A DNA stretch of 64,000 nt, taken from the NCBI GenBank assembly GCA_903884815.1, contig CAISGE010000058.1:6583-70582 (forward strand), written 5' to 3'. The notes beneath the pieces are model-generated. The model did not search any database. It was not told where the DNA came from and saw nothing but the letters and a program-made list of their open reading frames with translations. Made by a program: the position numbers and the translations under genes. The stretch is from Candidatus Omnitrophota bacterium (GTDB taxonomy: Bacteria; Omnitrophota; Omnitrophia; Omnitrophales; Aquincolibacteriaceae). Of the stretch, positions 10,801 through 25,800 are shown piece after piece (within the stretch, counting starts at the first letter, position 1; each line of letters starts with the position of its first letter).

Positions 10801-13800
10801 TTTCACCGGGCACTATTTCCGCCGGCCTCCGGAGAACGCCGCTCCGAGACGCACTCGAAGTCTGCTTCTGAGCCTGGCTCGCGAGCCGGGCACTCGACCG
10901 CGGTCACGCTTTCGGAGGTGCTTGCGGCTCCGGACGCCGCGATGAAATTCCAGATCCCGGATATTAAAAATCCCGGAAGGATGATCGAACTGGAGCGGAT
11001 TGTTCCGAAAGAGGACGAGCCGGTCGCGAAGCGCGAGGGATTACTGGCGGGTACTCGGCTCCTTTCTTTCAACGTGGCGGGTCTCAAGGATTCCATTCTG
11101 ACCCTGAAGTATTCCGAAGCGGATAACGTCGTTGAAGTTCTGTATATCAGCGTCCGGGGAGGGCAAGACCGAGGACTCGCCCAGTCGGTCTATCAATGGA
11201 TCGCGCGGACAGCGCCTCCCGGGCACAGGATCCTGATTTCCCCATTCAACGAACCGGCCCAGCTTGTCTTTTTGCGTTCCGTAGAGCTTGCGGGGATCGA
11301 GCTGGTGATCGACCGGAGGACATTGAATGATCGTGACATTATTGAAGCGCTGAATGTTCCTGCGGATCAAAATCAAATGGATTCTCTGGATTATCTCCGG
11401 TTGGTCCTGACGCATCCGCGACTCGAGCGGACTTTTGTGGAGGGTAGGACCCCAGACGGTGTGACCGGGATCATATTCAGGCAAAGACCCTCGGAAACTG
11501 TAAAAGCCGGGGAAGGAGATTGGTTGGCGCTTGGTCCTGGAGAAAGAACAGCGCAGGAACTCAGGATCAAGGTGCGGGGAATGCGGCCCGGCGGAAGCGT
11601 GGTCGAGGAAGCCACCGCCATCTTCAGACCCGCCGGCTATTTTGAGATCGTAGATCAGCGCGGGGACGAGATTCTTTCCGGCCGTTTATCCGTGGTTCCC
11701 GTCACGAAGATCTCCGGCAACCCCGTCCGCTCGGAGACGCGCTTGGATGAAATAGACGACTATGTACCTGAGCCCTTTGATGTCACGGTATCCGGGGTGG
11801 CGACGGCCGGGCAATTGCTCCATTTGCGGCCCATCAAGGGCTTGCGCCCGATCCTGAAAGCTTTCCCCCATGCCCGTGGGCGTTTGACGTTGCTTGACTC
11901 AAGCGACGGTACGGCGACCACAGCCGACGTGCGAAGTATCATGAGTATTCTTTTGATGACCGTCCAGCCGGGAGTGAAGATTCTGGTCGAAACGGGCGGG
12001 GAGAATGCTCAAGGCTTCTTTGATGCGATCATATCGTGGATCGAGGCAAATGATGAGAAGAGTCTACCGGTAATGATCGGGCAAAGTGCAGATATCCTGG
12101 CACTCTCGGGAGTCAAGTATGCTGCCCAGGATCCGGAAGAGCTTGCCGCAGTAAGCGCTGAGAAGATCCGGAAACTGGCCGGTGATTCTGCAAAAAATTC
12201 CGAAGGCGAGGTGCCTAACGCCTCGGTGGTTCTAAGATGGAAGAATCCCGTCTCCAGAAAAAAGGATATTCAGTTGGCAGTGGCCCCTTCCTGGATCGGG
12301 CATCTTCTTTCGCATCCCGATCTGGCGGCCGCGGCGGGGATGGCCATGACAGGAAAACCGGGAGGGCCGGATCTCAAATTGCACGGTTATTACCGCCTGC
12401 TCGTGGATTTTGACGGACACAAAAAGCTTGTTTCCATCACGATCCTTCCGGACGTAGGTGTGTTCGATGAATCTAAAAAACCGGGCGCGCCGCAGAAGGA
12501 AAGGGTGAAGGCCGAGAAGCAGTTCCGGGATGATGTGATCCTCCTTGCGCGTTTCTGCGCGAAGATGACGGAGGCCTATGGGCTGACGGAACGAGAAAAA
12601 GACGCGATCCAAGTGGACATTCTGGGTTTCGACGAATGGGCGGCGGCGCTCCGGGCGAAAGAAAGGGGAACCCCGATATCGGACGAAGATAGGGAAGAGG
12701 GCGGGGCGATTACGTTAAGTCAACTCAAGGCCCTGGCCGCCTGGCCGCTAGAAAATCCGTGGCATATCGAGAATTTCGGCGACCGCTCCGAAGTCCGCGC
12801 CCCTGAAGTATTACCGAGCGTGGCTTCCATTTATGAGCGTTTGCCGGCCGCCATCAATGAGCTTCTGGGTGAGGCGGGCCTCTCTGAGACGGAATTGGCC
12901 GCCGCTCGAAATATGACGGAACTCCTGACGGATATTTATAAGGATATGGGGCTTGCGGGTGAGGAGTTCTACCACAACATGGCCCACAACCTGGAAGTGA
13001 CTTATCTGAGTCTTTTGGCCGCCGCGGGGAGGCCGGAGGGCCCCAATGCCTGGGACGCCAAGATCCTTTTTGTGTCGTCCATGCTACATGATTTCCATGT
13101 GCGGAAACCCCATATGAATCCGCCGGTGGTCGAACAGACACTCCGACAACTGAAGCCTGTATTTCATAACGAACCGGCCGTGGGTCTTGAGGCGGCGGAT
13201 GTCCCTGTTTACGAAGCCTTGTTTACCACCGAACGCCAGGCTGCGCTCAAAGCGGCTCTGGCAGGAGTTCTTGGAGATGTTCCGCTGCTCGAGGCAGTGC
13301 CGGCGATCGAGGCGATCATCCGCCGATCCGACTTTGATCCCAGCCCCGTGGAATCGGAAAATATTTCGGCCCGGTTCCTTCAGGCGCTATACAAGATCCC
13401 GGCGGGTTCTCAGCAGAGGCATGTGGTGAACCTGGCCTGGCTGATGCAGATGATCGACTATGCCGGGTTCTATTGTCTTCTCGATCAGGAAGCGGTCCTT
13501 CAGAAGGTCATTCCCGGACTGGCTAACGAAAAGGGAGCCGATAAGGCCAGCGCAGAAGGAACTTATCGCTATTTTCTAAAACTCAAGCTTGCTTCCGGTG
13601 ATAATGAGGGTGATACGGCGCTTGCGATCGTCCGTCTTCTTCCCGAGGTTTTTAGGCGAAATCTTTTATCGAGTTTCGCATCGTTTGCTGCCCTGAGCAA
13701 GGCGTCTGATAGCTGGAAGGCAAAGGAGCCGGAAGTCTGTGCGAAATTGGGAGTTGAGATGTATGAAACCCGGATTCCGGAATATCGCGTTTGGGTCCGA

Positions 13801-16800
13801 TTGATCGAAGCGGAGATCCGGGAGAGTCCTCTCGAGATGTGGGAGGGCATGAAGGAAAGCTTCGTGAGTGGAATCTATGAGGGTCGTAGGGTGTTACCGG
13901 ATGACCTGGTTTCTTTTCTAAAAGCGTTCGCGGAATCCCATTTAAAACTTCTGACGTCTGCTGCGGCACCCGGCGGAGAATCCCAAGTGCCGGAATCTTC
14001 GGAAAAGGGAAACATCCTCAAAAACATCCGCGCCATCCGCGACCATCTTTGGAAATTCTTTGATTCAGGGCAATATCCTGATCCCGAAATCCATAGAACG
14101 ATCCTTAAGCTGAATGCAATCCTTCGATCAGAATCGCGCACCCCTCCCGAAGGGAAGGCGCCCGGTAAGACGGTCTGGGACCGGGTCAAGACCGTGTTTG
14201 TCTGGGCTATGTGGATCACGGGCGGAGTCCTCTGTCTCGGAATTCCCTTGGCGGGGATCATTCTCTACCACTGGGATAAGGGGCTTTCGGGAGTACCGAT
14301 GGGGTTGTATCTCGGGGGCGCCTGTCTCGCCATAGGGGATTCGTTTTTCTTTGAGAGAATCGTGGAACGGTGGCAGAAGAGGATCACGTCCTATTTCGAG
14401 ACGCGCCTGATGCACTGGATGAGGCAGCATGAGCCCTCTTTGTGGTACTTGATCCTGAGTTATAAAACAGACGACGCGAAAGATCGTCTCCTGAAGATCT
14501 ACCGGGATAGGTTTTTCCGAAAATCCTCTTTTGAGAAATACATGAATGCCGTGAACAAAGTTCTGGAGTCGATACGTGCGGTCCATCCGGATTTGTGGGT
14601 CGACGTCCTGGCCTTGCTGAACGGGGGATTGCTTTACGATGAGTATGGCCGCGGGGAAAAGGACATGGGGATTGTTCGCGATCTCGTGACGGATGACATC
14701 TTGTTTGGCGATCTTAAGCCAAAGCCTGAGGCGCCGGAGGTTGTCGAGTTTATTGCTTCGGGTCTTTCAAGGGATTTTGGGCGCATAAAATTCGGCGATG
14801 ACCCTTTCTCGAGCACCGACCATGAGAAATTCATCTCTCTCTTTAACCGTCTCCCCAAGCACTTTGGGATCAGGGTTCTGCGGTTTGGGAAAAACAAATA
14901 TGCTCTGGGGGTCAGCCTCATTGAGGCGCACGGTCCCGAATACCGTTGGCCTCTGATAAAGCAATGGGGGAAAATCTTCATTAACCGGACGGCACTCGCC
15001 ACCTCTCTCGTCGAGACGCCAAGTGTGAAGCCCACGGCCATTTCCAGGGAGAGAGAAAGATTTTCCCCTGACCGTTTGCCCGAGTCCGTAAAGTTGAAAG
15101 AAGGAAACACGAGGCTGGTCTACTTAGCGTTTCCTTATCCGGATGAAGGGAACTATCCTTCCCCGGACGCTCAAGGGCCGCTTTATCCGCGCGGTCTACG
15201 AGGGCGGCCTTCGGAGAACATTTCGGACCATATTTTCTTTGAGCTAGGGGACGGGAAAATTCTCCCGAAATATAGCACGGACGATGAGGCGCCGGCTTAT
15301 GCCGTCGTGATCGATCTCCCCGCGGACCTGGCAAAACAGGCCCTTCTGATGGAAGCCCACGATGTGCCGGCGCCGGACGCAAAAGGTCAATTAACATTCG
15401 ATCCCGCTTTCGCGAATTTGGCGTTTTTGTTTTCCGAGAAGAGCAAACCGAACATCATCGGAGTGATCGACCGCGCGACGCTTGAATTCATACCCAATGA
15501 GAGTCGCTCGGAAGCGCGTCCCGGTGTTGTTCGTGATCCTCAACAGGTTGTTGCTTATGTTAATGAAATCTTGAAGCGTTTTCCGGATTCTCTGGCTTCA
15601 GAATGGAAGGCTCGTTTAGAAGGATTCAGAACATTCAGCCCCGCTCCGGGGCGCTATGAGGGAATGGTTGCTGAGTTGAAAGAATTCACAGTAGCGCTCA
15701 ATGATAGCGTCATGAAGGCGCGCGGGTCAGCAGGCTTTCAAGCGGTTCTTCCCGTCGTGATCGATCTGGACGGTTTTGTGAGCGCGCTTCCTCGCTCTGA
15801 GATGCACAGTTCTACTTCTGGTTCCGGGAATCAGAGGTTGGATGCCTACGAGACGAAGGGCGGAAGGACCACCGTCGCGAAGAAACTTTTGAAGGTCGGG
15901 CTCTGGGCGGGGCTCCCGCCCGTGATTGCCGCGGTGATCGTTAATTTTGCGGCTCTTTTCTATCTGAAACACCACGAGGAGCGTGTTTATCCCGGGGACG
16001 GTTTTGAGCTGGGTGTTTATCCCTACGCTCAAGTTGACGGTAAGAATATTTTCTACGTTTCCAACGGGCCGCTCTACGGAGAGAGCACGAAAATAAAAGG
16101 GGAGCGTTTCAATATCGGCCTCGTCCGCTCCATGGGGAAAACAATCAATATCTACAACCCGAACGCTTCTGGCAGCGCACAGCAAAAAGCCATCTTTCTG
16201 AAAAACAAATCGGGCGAGATCCGCATTATTGCCGCGGCTGATTTTTCTGCCGAGAAATACCCCTTAGAAGATTGGCCGGATGCGTTCCAGGCAGGTCCCC
16301 TGGCCGTCATTGACGGAAAGATCAATGAGAGTATTTATTCCTGGAATGAATCTCATGACGGACGCAAGGTTTTTATCGGCGTGGACGCCACCCAAAGAAA
16401 TTTGTTCGTGCTTGAGCTCTATGGGAATGATGCCGCCGGCTATACAGCTCCCGGGACGAAAGAATTTAAGATGAAAGTCGAAAGATTTGTCCACGGTCAC
16501 GCGATCCTCGACGGCATGTGGACCGATGGCGGCACCATGGGTAAAGAACCGGGCCAAAGGAAGCCTGTCACAGTCCTTGGCGGAAAGCTCATCCCTCAAG
16601 CGGGTCCTCGCAACGAGAGACGCTTGAATCCTATTGATTCAAGCAATTCCAAACGGACATGGATCCTGGGTTCGGTCATTGCGGCTCTGGCGATTGGAAT
16701 GCTGATCGTTAAGGTCGTGGAGCCTTCTTCCTCTGAGAAAGAAGCGGAACTTCGCAGGAACGGGGAGCACAGTCAAACAATCGTGCCGGCCCCTTTGGAA

Positions 16801-19800
16801 GGCGGACCTCAGGTGACTCGGAGAGCGCCGAGACAGGTGAACGTCCCCTATGATGACGCGACTTTGCAGGAGATCAAAAAAGTCAAAAAAGACGTCGCTT
16901 CGCAGTTCGGCATGACGGTTGACGGCTATCCCAGGCCGTTCAAAAAATTTCTCGACGAATATCTGGGGAGCCGGTATCTCGCGAATCCCAAGGATCCACT
17001 CCTCCTCACGAAGGACCTCCCGACTTTGTGCGAGCATGCGTTGAAGAATCACCCGCAGCTGATATGGGAACCTGGAAATCGTCCTCTCCCGAGAGCAGGC
17101 GAGATCGTTATCGAAGAAAACATTTCAGAGTTAGAGCCCCTTCGCCTTTCGAACGGAGACATCATACAGACCGCTATCCCCACGATCTACCTCAACTACA
17201 AGGAAATCATGCCATTGGAAAATGTCCCGGAGCCCGGGGGTCCACGCTCTGAGATGCGGCGGAAGCGGGAGACTCTGACTTCCGCGTCGAATCCCGAGGA
17301 GATCGTCGCCGGAGGACGCGTTGCGTCGCGCCGGGAATTTCAAAAAGCCATTGAAGGATCAGCGCGAACAAAGATTGTAGGCCCTCAATGGATGCGCTAC
17401 CGGAAACTTGAAAATGCGGCGGACGCTTCACGGTTTTTGAAAAACGGCAAAGTTGATATCCTGGAAACGAAACAGTGGGGAGGACCCTATATTTCTTCCC
17501 CCAGCCCCGGATTCCTTCATCCTATTTTCGCGGATGTCCGCGAGAAGACCCATTTGGTGGTTGAGTTGACGCCGTCTGCTGTGGAGAAAGCGGGCTATGT
17601 GGGAGCTCCGGGGGCCTCCGGAGAATTTTTCCTGAGAGATGTGGAGCGTGCCTGGATCGTCAAGGATGAGGAGAGTGGCCGGATCCGCTATCAGGAGGTC
17701 CGGCTCGTGGGCGATAGGATGCTGGCCCGGGCCATCCGTTACTGGATACAGAACTGGAAAGAAAAAATTACGGAGATCCTGGACTCGTGGCGGAAGGTCC
17801 TTGGGGAGGATGAAATGAACGCCCTGTTTGAAAAACTCAAGGCCGAGGGGGGGATTCCTAAAGGTATCACGATCGATGCGAAAGCGGATGCGGCGGGAGG
17901 GGTGCTGATCGATATCCGTCGTAGAACCACACGGGATCGGCCTGTGACCCTGCTTCGGTTTAAACCGCAGTGGATCGCGGATCCGGAGGACAAGGATATG
18001 CAGATCCAGGTCCCCGGTCAGCGGATCACGAGGATCTTCGCGGGTGGCGGGAAGCTTTACGTGGAATATTTAAGTTCAAGGGAGCTTTTCCCGGAACGGC
18101 GCTACAGGGTCGTGGATCTTAAAGATCCTCGTGAGATGAAATCGGAAGATCTGAGCCAGGCAGAACTTGGCGCGAAATCTCCGGAGATCCTGAAAATCTT
18201 CAGGCCTTCGCGTCAGGGATTCAAGAAAATCTATTCTGAAAGTAAGAAGCACCAACTCTGGGTGGAAGCGGTCCTTGGGTTGGGTGCTGTGGGCGCCTTG
18301 TTCGACCGGTTCCTGACCCCGGAAACCGTCAACGCTGTTGTTCTGTGGGCCAAGCCGGTCTTTTATGATCTTTATAACAAAACCAGCAGGGATCCTGTCT
18401 ATTTTTGGATGGGGGCCTACCTTGCATTCGCGATCGGTGGTCTTGCGTACCACGCCGGTCTCTTTGGCGTGATTTTTGAATATATTCGTCTGCCATTTGG
18501 ATTGATGGCCATGGGGATCAGATTTGTCGCGGCAGGCGGAGCGTACCTGCTTGAGACCATCACCTATGTCACCCCAATTCCGGATAGCCTCTACGATCTC
18601 GGGTTCATGAACCGTTCTCCGGACGCGGGGGATATTGAAAAACTGAGATCGACCGAGTCAATGTCCGGTAATCCTGCGGGAATACTGGGAATTAAGACAG
18701 GTGGGGAGCGCTCCGAGACGCGCTTGCAAGCCAATCTTGCGATCTCGGATGTCGAGGCCTCCCAACTTGCTCGTGAGGTCAGCAATATCCTCGGGCAAGG
18801 AACAACCCTGCTCAGAAAAGAAACCATTAAAATCAACGATCAATCCTTTGACGTGGAAGCGACCGAGGAGATGATGCCTTTAAATAATGAGGAAATATAT
18901 AAGCAGCCTGTCTATGCAAACAGAATTACCCGGATCGGTTCTTTCGTGTTTGTGATTCCGCCGCATGGTGAGACCCGAGAGGAAATCGAGCAACAGTTTG
19001 CAAAGCTGCGCAAGAGTTCGGATCTGTTCCGGAATTATGAGGGGAATGTTCTGGTCGTGGAGGGCACAGCGTTCGATTACGCGGACGAGCACATGATTCA
19101 TCCGCAGACGCGTTTTGCGATCGCTCTTATGCTGAGTGAGGCGAAGGCGTTACGGGGCGAGGTGTTTGAAGATTACGGCACGGGTCCCGGGATTCTTTCG
19201 CGGGTGGCGTTCCGTCTGGGTGCCAGAAAAGGGATCATGTATGAAAAGGAACGCGGCGCGCTTAAACTGGCGCGAGCACATCTCAACGCTGAAGGGCTGA
19301 GGGAGGATACGGATTTTTTCATCGTGCGGCAGGATCTTTTGAGCACGCAAAACGCCGGTTCTTTATTAAAACGCCTTGGGAGGCTCTTCGGTTTCGGCCT
19401 TCAGAGGGATGCCGAACTGCGGGACGCACAAAACGAAGCCAGCATCGCGCTGATCAATATCGGACCTGAGTACGGGGAAGTGAATTATCAGGCAGACAGC
19501 CTGGCCTCAAGTCATCCCGGGGAGAGGCTTCTCATCAACACGGGCTATCTGCTCGCCGAACCCGCCGATGTGGCGATGCAGAAACAGCAGATAGAGAATG
19601 CGACCCTTTTGCTAAAGAAGGACGGTTGGAAGGTGGATCGGGTTGAGTTGCCGGAAGGCTATGCCGCATTGGTGGCTCGGCGCCAGTCTCAAAATCAGCG
19701 AAACGAAATGCGAGCGGAGAAGTATGCAGTGAAGATACCCGGAGCTGGAAACGGCCGGACCACGGAGGTCTGGTTGGATGGCGAGTTGGCTTTGGCATTG

Positions 19801-22800
19801 AGGAATATGCCGGCGGGAACGTCGGTCACTCTTTGGGGAAGTGCCGCCGTTGCGATGCTTCTGGCGCAACGGGGCCCGTTAGCGGCTCATCGATTAGGGG
19901 ATTTTATCGGAGATGTGGATCTCGTTATCCATCACGGGGATGAATCAGCGATCCGGTCTGCTTTCCTGCGTGCGGGGGAACAGGCTCAAGAGAAGCCTCT
20001 CTCCGTAAGTATCCATGAACCATCACTGCTCGATAAATTGCATAACACAATGCATTTTACAGCTTACGATTTGCCTCTTCGCATCACTGTGGGAGAAGAT
20101 CGTCAGCTTACGATCGAATTTGACACCCAGCCTGCAACGGCGACGGGGCAGGAATCTCGGGAACGTGATATTTCTGCGTATCTCGAAGATCTGCTCAATA
20201 AGAGATTAGTGACACCGTGGCCCGCTATGAGCATCGAGGATGCTATCCGGGGTGTGCGCGCGATGCTCGTGTTCGGTCTCATGCCTGATAAAGTCGAGCT
20301 CCAGAAGATAAAGGACGTATTGACGGTCGAGGAACCATGGATTGGAAAATCTGCTTTTCTCCGGGACCTTGATCGGGCGGGGAGCGACGGGTTGGCACTT
20401 TTGAAGGATCAGGGATTGCTGGATACCCGTCTCAAAGAGTGGCTTATCGGCCGCTCCCCCACAGAGTTCCCCGAGAAGCGAAACGAAATGAGGGTGGTTG
20501 AAGCAGCGCAGATCGAGAATTTACTCCGGGAAGAGAGACATCCGTTTGAGTATTACATTGAAGACCCGGTGCTGGCTTATCCGATCGACGAAGCGCCCGC
20601 CTGGATCCTCGATCATCTGAAGCTAGCGAATATGTTGGTCTTTCCGCAGACCCAAGGTGCACCTTTCACGAATCCCGCAGGCGAAAGCCTGGCCGGATTC
20701 TATGTGATGCTGAAGTTCCGCAACGGCGATATCAATCCGTATCTCGTGGGGCATGATTATTTTGAAAGGGAATATTCGGGGGAAGAAGATCCCGTGAAGC
20801 GTGAGAACTTTATCGACGACAACGGTTTGAAGACGGGCGGGCTGGATTTTGGGGAAAAAACGCCGCTTTTCCAGAAACGGCATCCCGTGAAACTATTCAA
20901 GATGTCGGAACTCCCTAATTACCCGGTTTGGGAGAACATAAGCATTCGACATCCCAATGGCGTCCTTCAGGAAAAACCGGCCGGGGAAGACGCCTATATT
21001 TTGCAAGATATGGATGGAAAGATCGAAATGACACCGGGGGACATTCCCTCCGGTTACCAGTCCCTTAAGCTGATCAATCAGGACCGGTTGGCTCTCGAGG
21101 GATTCACCGTGGGGAAACCGCTGACAGATATGGCGATCCAGGGGGTTAAATCCTTGGGTCAGGGAGGATCCTCACGGGTCTATCCCATGAAGGGAATGCC
21201 CGGATTCGTTTTGAGGCTTCCGCTCCCGGGGCTGAGTGTTTCCGAAATAAATCAGGCGGAGGAGGAACTTTTTACTCAAGCGAAATTAATGGAGCTATTC
21301 AACAAGGACGGCGGGATCGAGACGCTGTCGGCTTTGGATAAAATGGGAACAATGGACAATGGGACACTCTACATGGTGCGTTCGGGGCCATGGAAGGCGT
21401 ATACGATGGAGAGTGGCGAAGCGGAGAAGATCCCTCCCGTTGAGAAAGTCCGGATCCTCAGGCTGATGCTGGAAACGCTTGCGTGGGTCCACCGCCATGG
21501 TTTCCATGGAGATATCAAACCTGAAAATATCCTTGTCGAGGAAGGGACCCTGGAGCCCAAGTTGAACGATTTTTCGGCCGTTCGGGCTACGAATATCCAT
21601 GACCCGGGGAGCTATCGCATTGTCGGAGAAACCGCCGGCTATTCGCCTACGGATATTTTGGGGCCTGTTTATGAGGACTTGCCGATAAATCCCGCCTGGG
21701 ATATTCACGCATTTGCGCGGACGATCCTGGCGATATTGAGTGCCCCCCCGGAGGCCGACACGGGATATAGCCGTATTGAAAATGTGATCTGGCGTATGAA
21801 AAAGTACGGCAATTACAAACTTTTCGAAGCGGATCTCCTGGGAGATCTGCTCGGTGAGACACTGCCCGGGATCGGATTAAGCCCCGTGTGGGATCAATTT
21901 CTCATGTCGACGATCGCATGGAGGTTTGTTTCCTCCGCAAGGTCGCAAAGGCAAACCGTTCCCAAGGCTCAATGGCAGGGGGTTCTGAATCAGGCATTGT
22001 CGATCAGGATGCGCCCCGAGGATTATCAGCCCTACCGGGCGAGGCTGGATGGGGAGACTCAGGCGCTTGTCGACAAACTACTGCGCGGTGAAACCATGAC
22101 CGACAGGGAGATCGTTCATATAAACCGCAGGGTTTTAGAGCTCTCTTCTCCGGACCAGATCGCGAAGGCCCCAAAACCAGAGGTGGACGGGAATGTGGAT
22201 CTCTTCCTAGAAAAGATCCCGCAGGCCCAGAAGGAGGCCCTGAGGCCGCTGATCCAATTGGCGCTGACGCGGGGTTACGAGGTTCTTCCCGAAGGCTACT
22301 CCGCGCAGAAATTCCTTGAGGAATTTGATGCGGCGACAAAGGTGCTTTTCCCGGATGGAGCGCCCTTCGTCCACGGGCTCAGGCAACGCGCCGAGATCCG
22401 TTCCCCCGAACAGATCCCGGAATTAGTGCGGGGCCAGGCCCCAACAACTTCTGGAATTAAAGAGGGTGAAAACCGCGCCGAAACGCGGACGAGCTCTGTA
22501 ATGTCGAGGCGCAATTTTTTGAAAGGGGCAGTAGTAGCCGCTTCTGTAGCTGCTCTTCCAACCCCAGGTTTGGCTTTTAGTAGTTCTCCGGCTCAAACCA
22601 CGGCCAAAGTTATAGTGCCTATTTTGCCGGAGAACGGATTTTACGATGATGAAGGGTTTTCCTTTGTTGATATTTATGATATGGATCGAAGTGCCGATTC
22701 TGCCCAGGATCGTGAGAAACTGTACGCTCCGCGACTTTATGCCTATAAAAATGGGGAAGCCTATCGAGTTCTTGAGAGTGGCGAAAGAGTCCGGTCGGAT

Positions 22801-25800
22801 TTTTGGACGGAAAATATTAAAAATAGAGGTCGCTTTACCTCTCTGCCGATTTTAATTCCGCAACATATCAAAGAAGCCGGCCTGTTTCCAAGTAAGGCTG
22901 AGACAGACGATGAGGATTGGTTGCTCGCGCAAGTGCGGGATCATACCCGCTGGGCCGCCGGTGCGGTTTATTCTCTTTTGCGCAGCGCATCGCCAAGGAT
23001 AATGGAAAGTCTCACGGATCTCATGGCGGCTGAAGACCCGTCGCCGAAGCTTGCTATCGCCCGCGAATTAGGGCGAACGGATTGGTGGCGGTCGGATGCC
23101 GGGGAGTTCTCCGACCGTTCCCGTATAGTTGGTCTCAGGTCGCAGAGGTTCACGGACGCATATATCGATTACGTCAAACATCATGGCCGGGGGAAAGACA
23201 TCTATGGTCACGATGCTGTTGAGTATTTTTCTCGGTACCTCAGGAACCGTTTTAAATACACTCAGGCGGGGTCACGTTATGTGATAGGTCCCCGTTCCCA
23301 TTTTTACGCAACGAGCCAACCCGGTCTTACGCCTACCAACATCAAGGCCCTTATGGATATCATATTTAAACAAAAATTCTATGAGATCATTCCGGCCCTG
23401 TACTTCAACGACGTTGGCGGGTTTCTGGGAGAGTTTTCGACGAAGGAGAATTCGGCTCCCTTGGACACGAAAGCAAGACCTGAAGGAATTCAGCGCGAAT
23501 ACGGCGTTGCCCCCGAAGAATGGGAGGTATGGTTTTTGAGAGGGACATATGAGGGGTGTCATTGGATGAGAAACAATGGTGCCAAGGAATGGGAACAGGA
23601 GTGGTCGCGAGTGCATGATAACGTGTATTTTGATGAGCGGTCTGACCGGAATCGGGATGACGTAATCAGGCTGGTGAAAAATCCGGATAAATCCATGGAA
23701 GTCAGGGAACTCGCGCTTGAGCTAACCGTGATGAGCGGAAGTGTCCCCTCCTTTGATCTTTTGGATGATATCCTTTCGGGCCGGCAGTGCCCCGAACTTC
23801 AAGATACGTCCCGCCGGCTCAATCAGATTTACGCTTTCCGCAGGCCCGGCGTCACTGACCACGTCCTATTCTCTGTTGCTAATAATCATTGGGTCCAGGG
23901 GATCCTTGCGGTGGGCGGCGGCGCGGCTGTGTATTTTATCGGGCGCAAGATATGGCGGGATTTGTCGGACAGGGGTTCGGGATATCCGAGGACCCGAACC
24001 ATCTGGGACCGCCCCCCTTTCTCTGAGCGGCTCCGGCGATGGGCTGAGAATTTGTGGATAGACGCTCGAAATAAGGTTGCTGACCTGTGGAATAAGGCGG
24101 TCGGAGTTGCTGAAATAATTAATCAGAAGTTCTTGAAAATGAAACTGCAGGCGTTCGCTTTTTGGCTGCAGCCTAAAATGTTTGCAAGAGAACGTGGCGT
24201 ACCTGCTTTGATCGGGATGGCGGCCTACGGAATTTTTGCCGTTAGAAATCGGATCGCTGAGTTTAACCGGTCTGTAAGTCATGTTTTTTACCGTTTCGCT
24301 ATTTCCGGATGGGTGAACCGGAGGGTAAACATATTCTTTGATCGGAATCAACCCGTCCAAGAGCAGATCCAAGGGGCCTTTAACCGGTTTGCCGGAACAT
24401 TAGGCGAGCATCCAGAACCCACCTTTATCCGCGTGACCCTTCCCGAACTTAAAGAGAGAAAAAAGTTTAGGCGCGGATTTGAGCAGAATTCGCTGGATGT
24501 CGCAAAGATCCTGATGCGAAGTTTTAAATATTTTGAGAAAGATTATATCGCCTTGTTGAAGCGTAGCCCCGAAGTGATCGAGTTTGTTTTTCTGGATGAT
24601 CCGAGTAGTCCCGCAGGATGGGTTCAGATGGACGCTTCGGCCGTTCATATCAATCTGCATGGTTTGGATGTTGCAAAATGGGGTACCGATATCGAGAAGG
24701 TCAGCGGGACCCTGAGGCATGAGATTTTCCACAAACTTGATTTTCATCATCGCGTTTTCACACAGCCTGAATGGTTTCAAGCCGTGCGTGAAGCCGGTTT
24801 CGACGGTTTTTTTGACGGCGACAAGTACCTTCCTCTTGATGAAATAGAAAGGAGCACGGGATTCGTGCCTGCCGCTTCAGACACAGAAATGCCGGGCATT
24901 CTCCAGGGTGACGGCACGGTTGATCTATTTCAGGTGGTTGATGCCGATGGCAACACCGTCCAGCGCGGTTGGCGGGACTTTGTCGATCATGTTTATGCCC
25001 GGATGCGCAAAGCGAATTATCGGTCTTGGGTGCATCAGGGCGCTGACGGGGAAAAACGTGTTTATACGAATCTGATGACTTATCTGATGGAATCATTCTT
25101 GTTTCCTCAAGAAATGAAAACTTGGGAAAAACGCGTGGAGGAGGAGGGTTTCAAGGTTCACGTGACGTTCTCCGAGCCGGAAGCCTATCGTTTTTTTACC
25201 CCGCATGAATATTTGGCTGAATTTGCCATGGCCTATTTTGAGAAAGGTGCAGACCGCAAAAAGATCGTCCAGGAATGGGCCGGCGGAGCTTACTTGGATC
25301 GATTACTTCAAAAAATCATGAGCGAGAAAGCGGGTATTACGCTCGCGTCAGATCGCCGGACAGAGGCGCAGATTTCAGAGAAGGCCGTGACCTCAGAAAA
25401 GAGCCCCGCTCAGGGAATGCCCGGGGAGCTCCTCGCTGTAGGTCGTCCCGAGATCCGTTCCCCCGGTCAATTCCCGGAATTAGTGCGGGTCCGGGCCCCA
25501 ATAACTTCTGGAATTAAAGAGGGTGAAAAACGCGCCGAGACGCGGAGCGGGAATGCAGGGAACCCGGTGACGGAAGAGGCAATCCCGGCGGAGGCTTTTA
25601 AAAAGCTTCACGAGTTGATCGATGATCCAAAAGTGACGGGCCAGTATCGCGTCCGGCACAAGTTCCTGGACGGTGAGAGCGTTCTCGGCTCGGGACACAT
25701 GTTCCCCGTATTTATGCATCGTTATTCGGATGAAGAGACCATCAAAACCGCCTGTCTCCGGGTGGGGAGTCTGCTAGTCGTTTCAGACGAATATTTGAAT

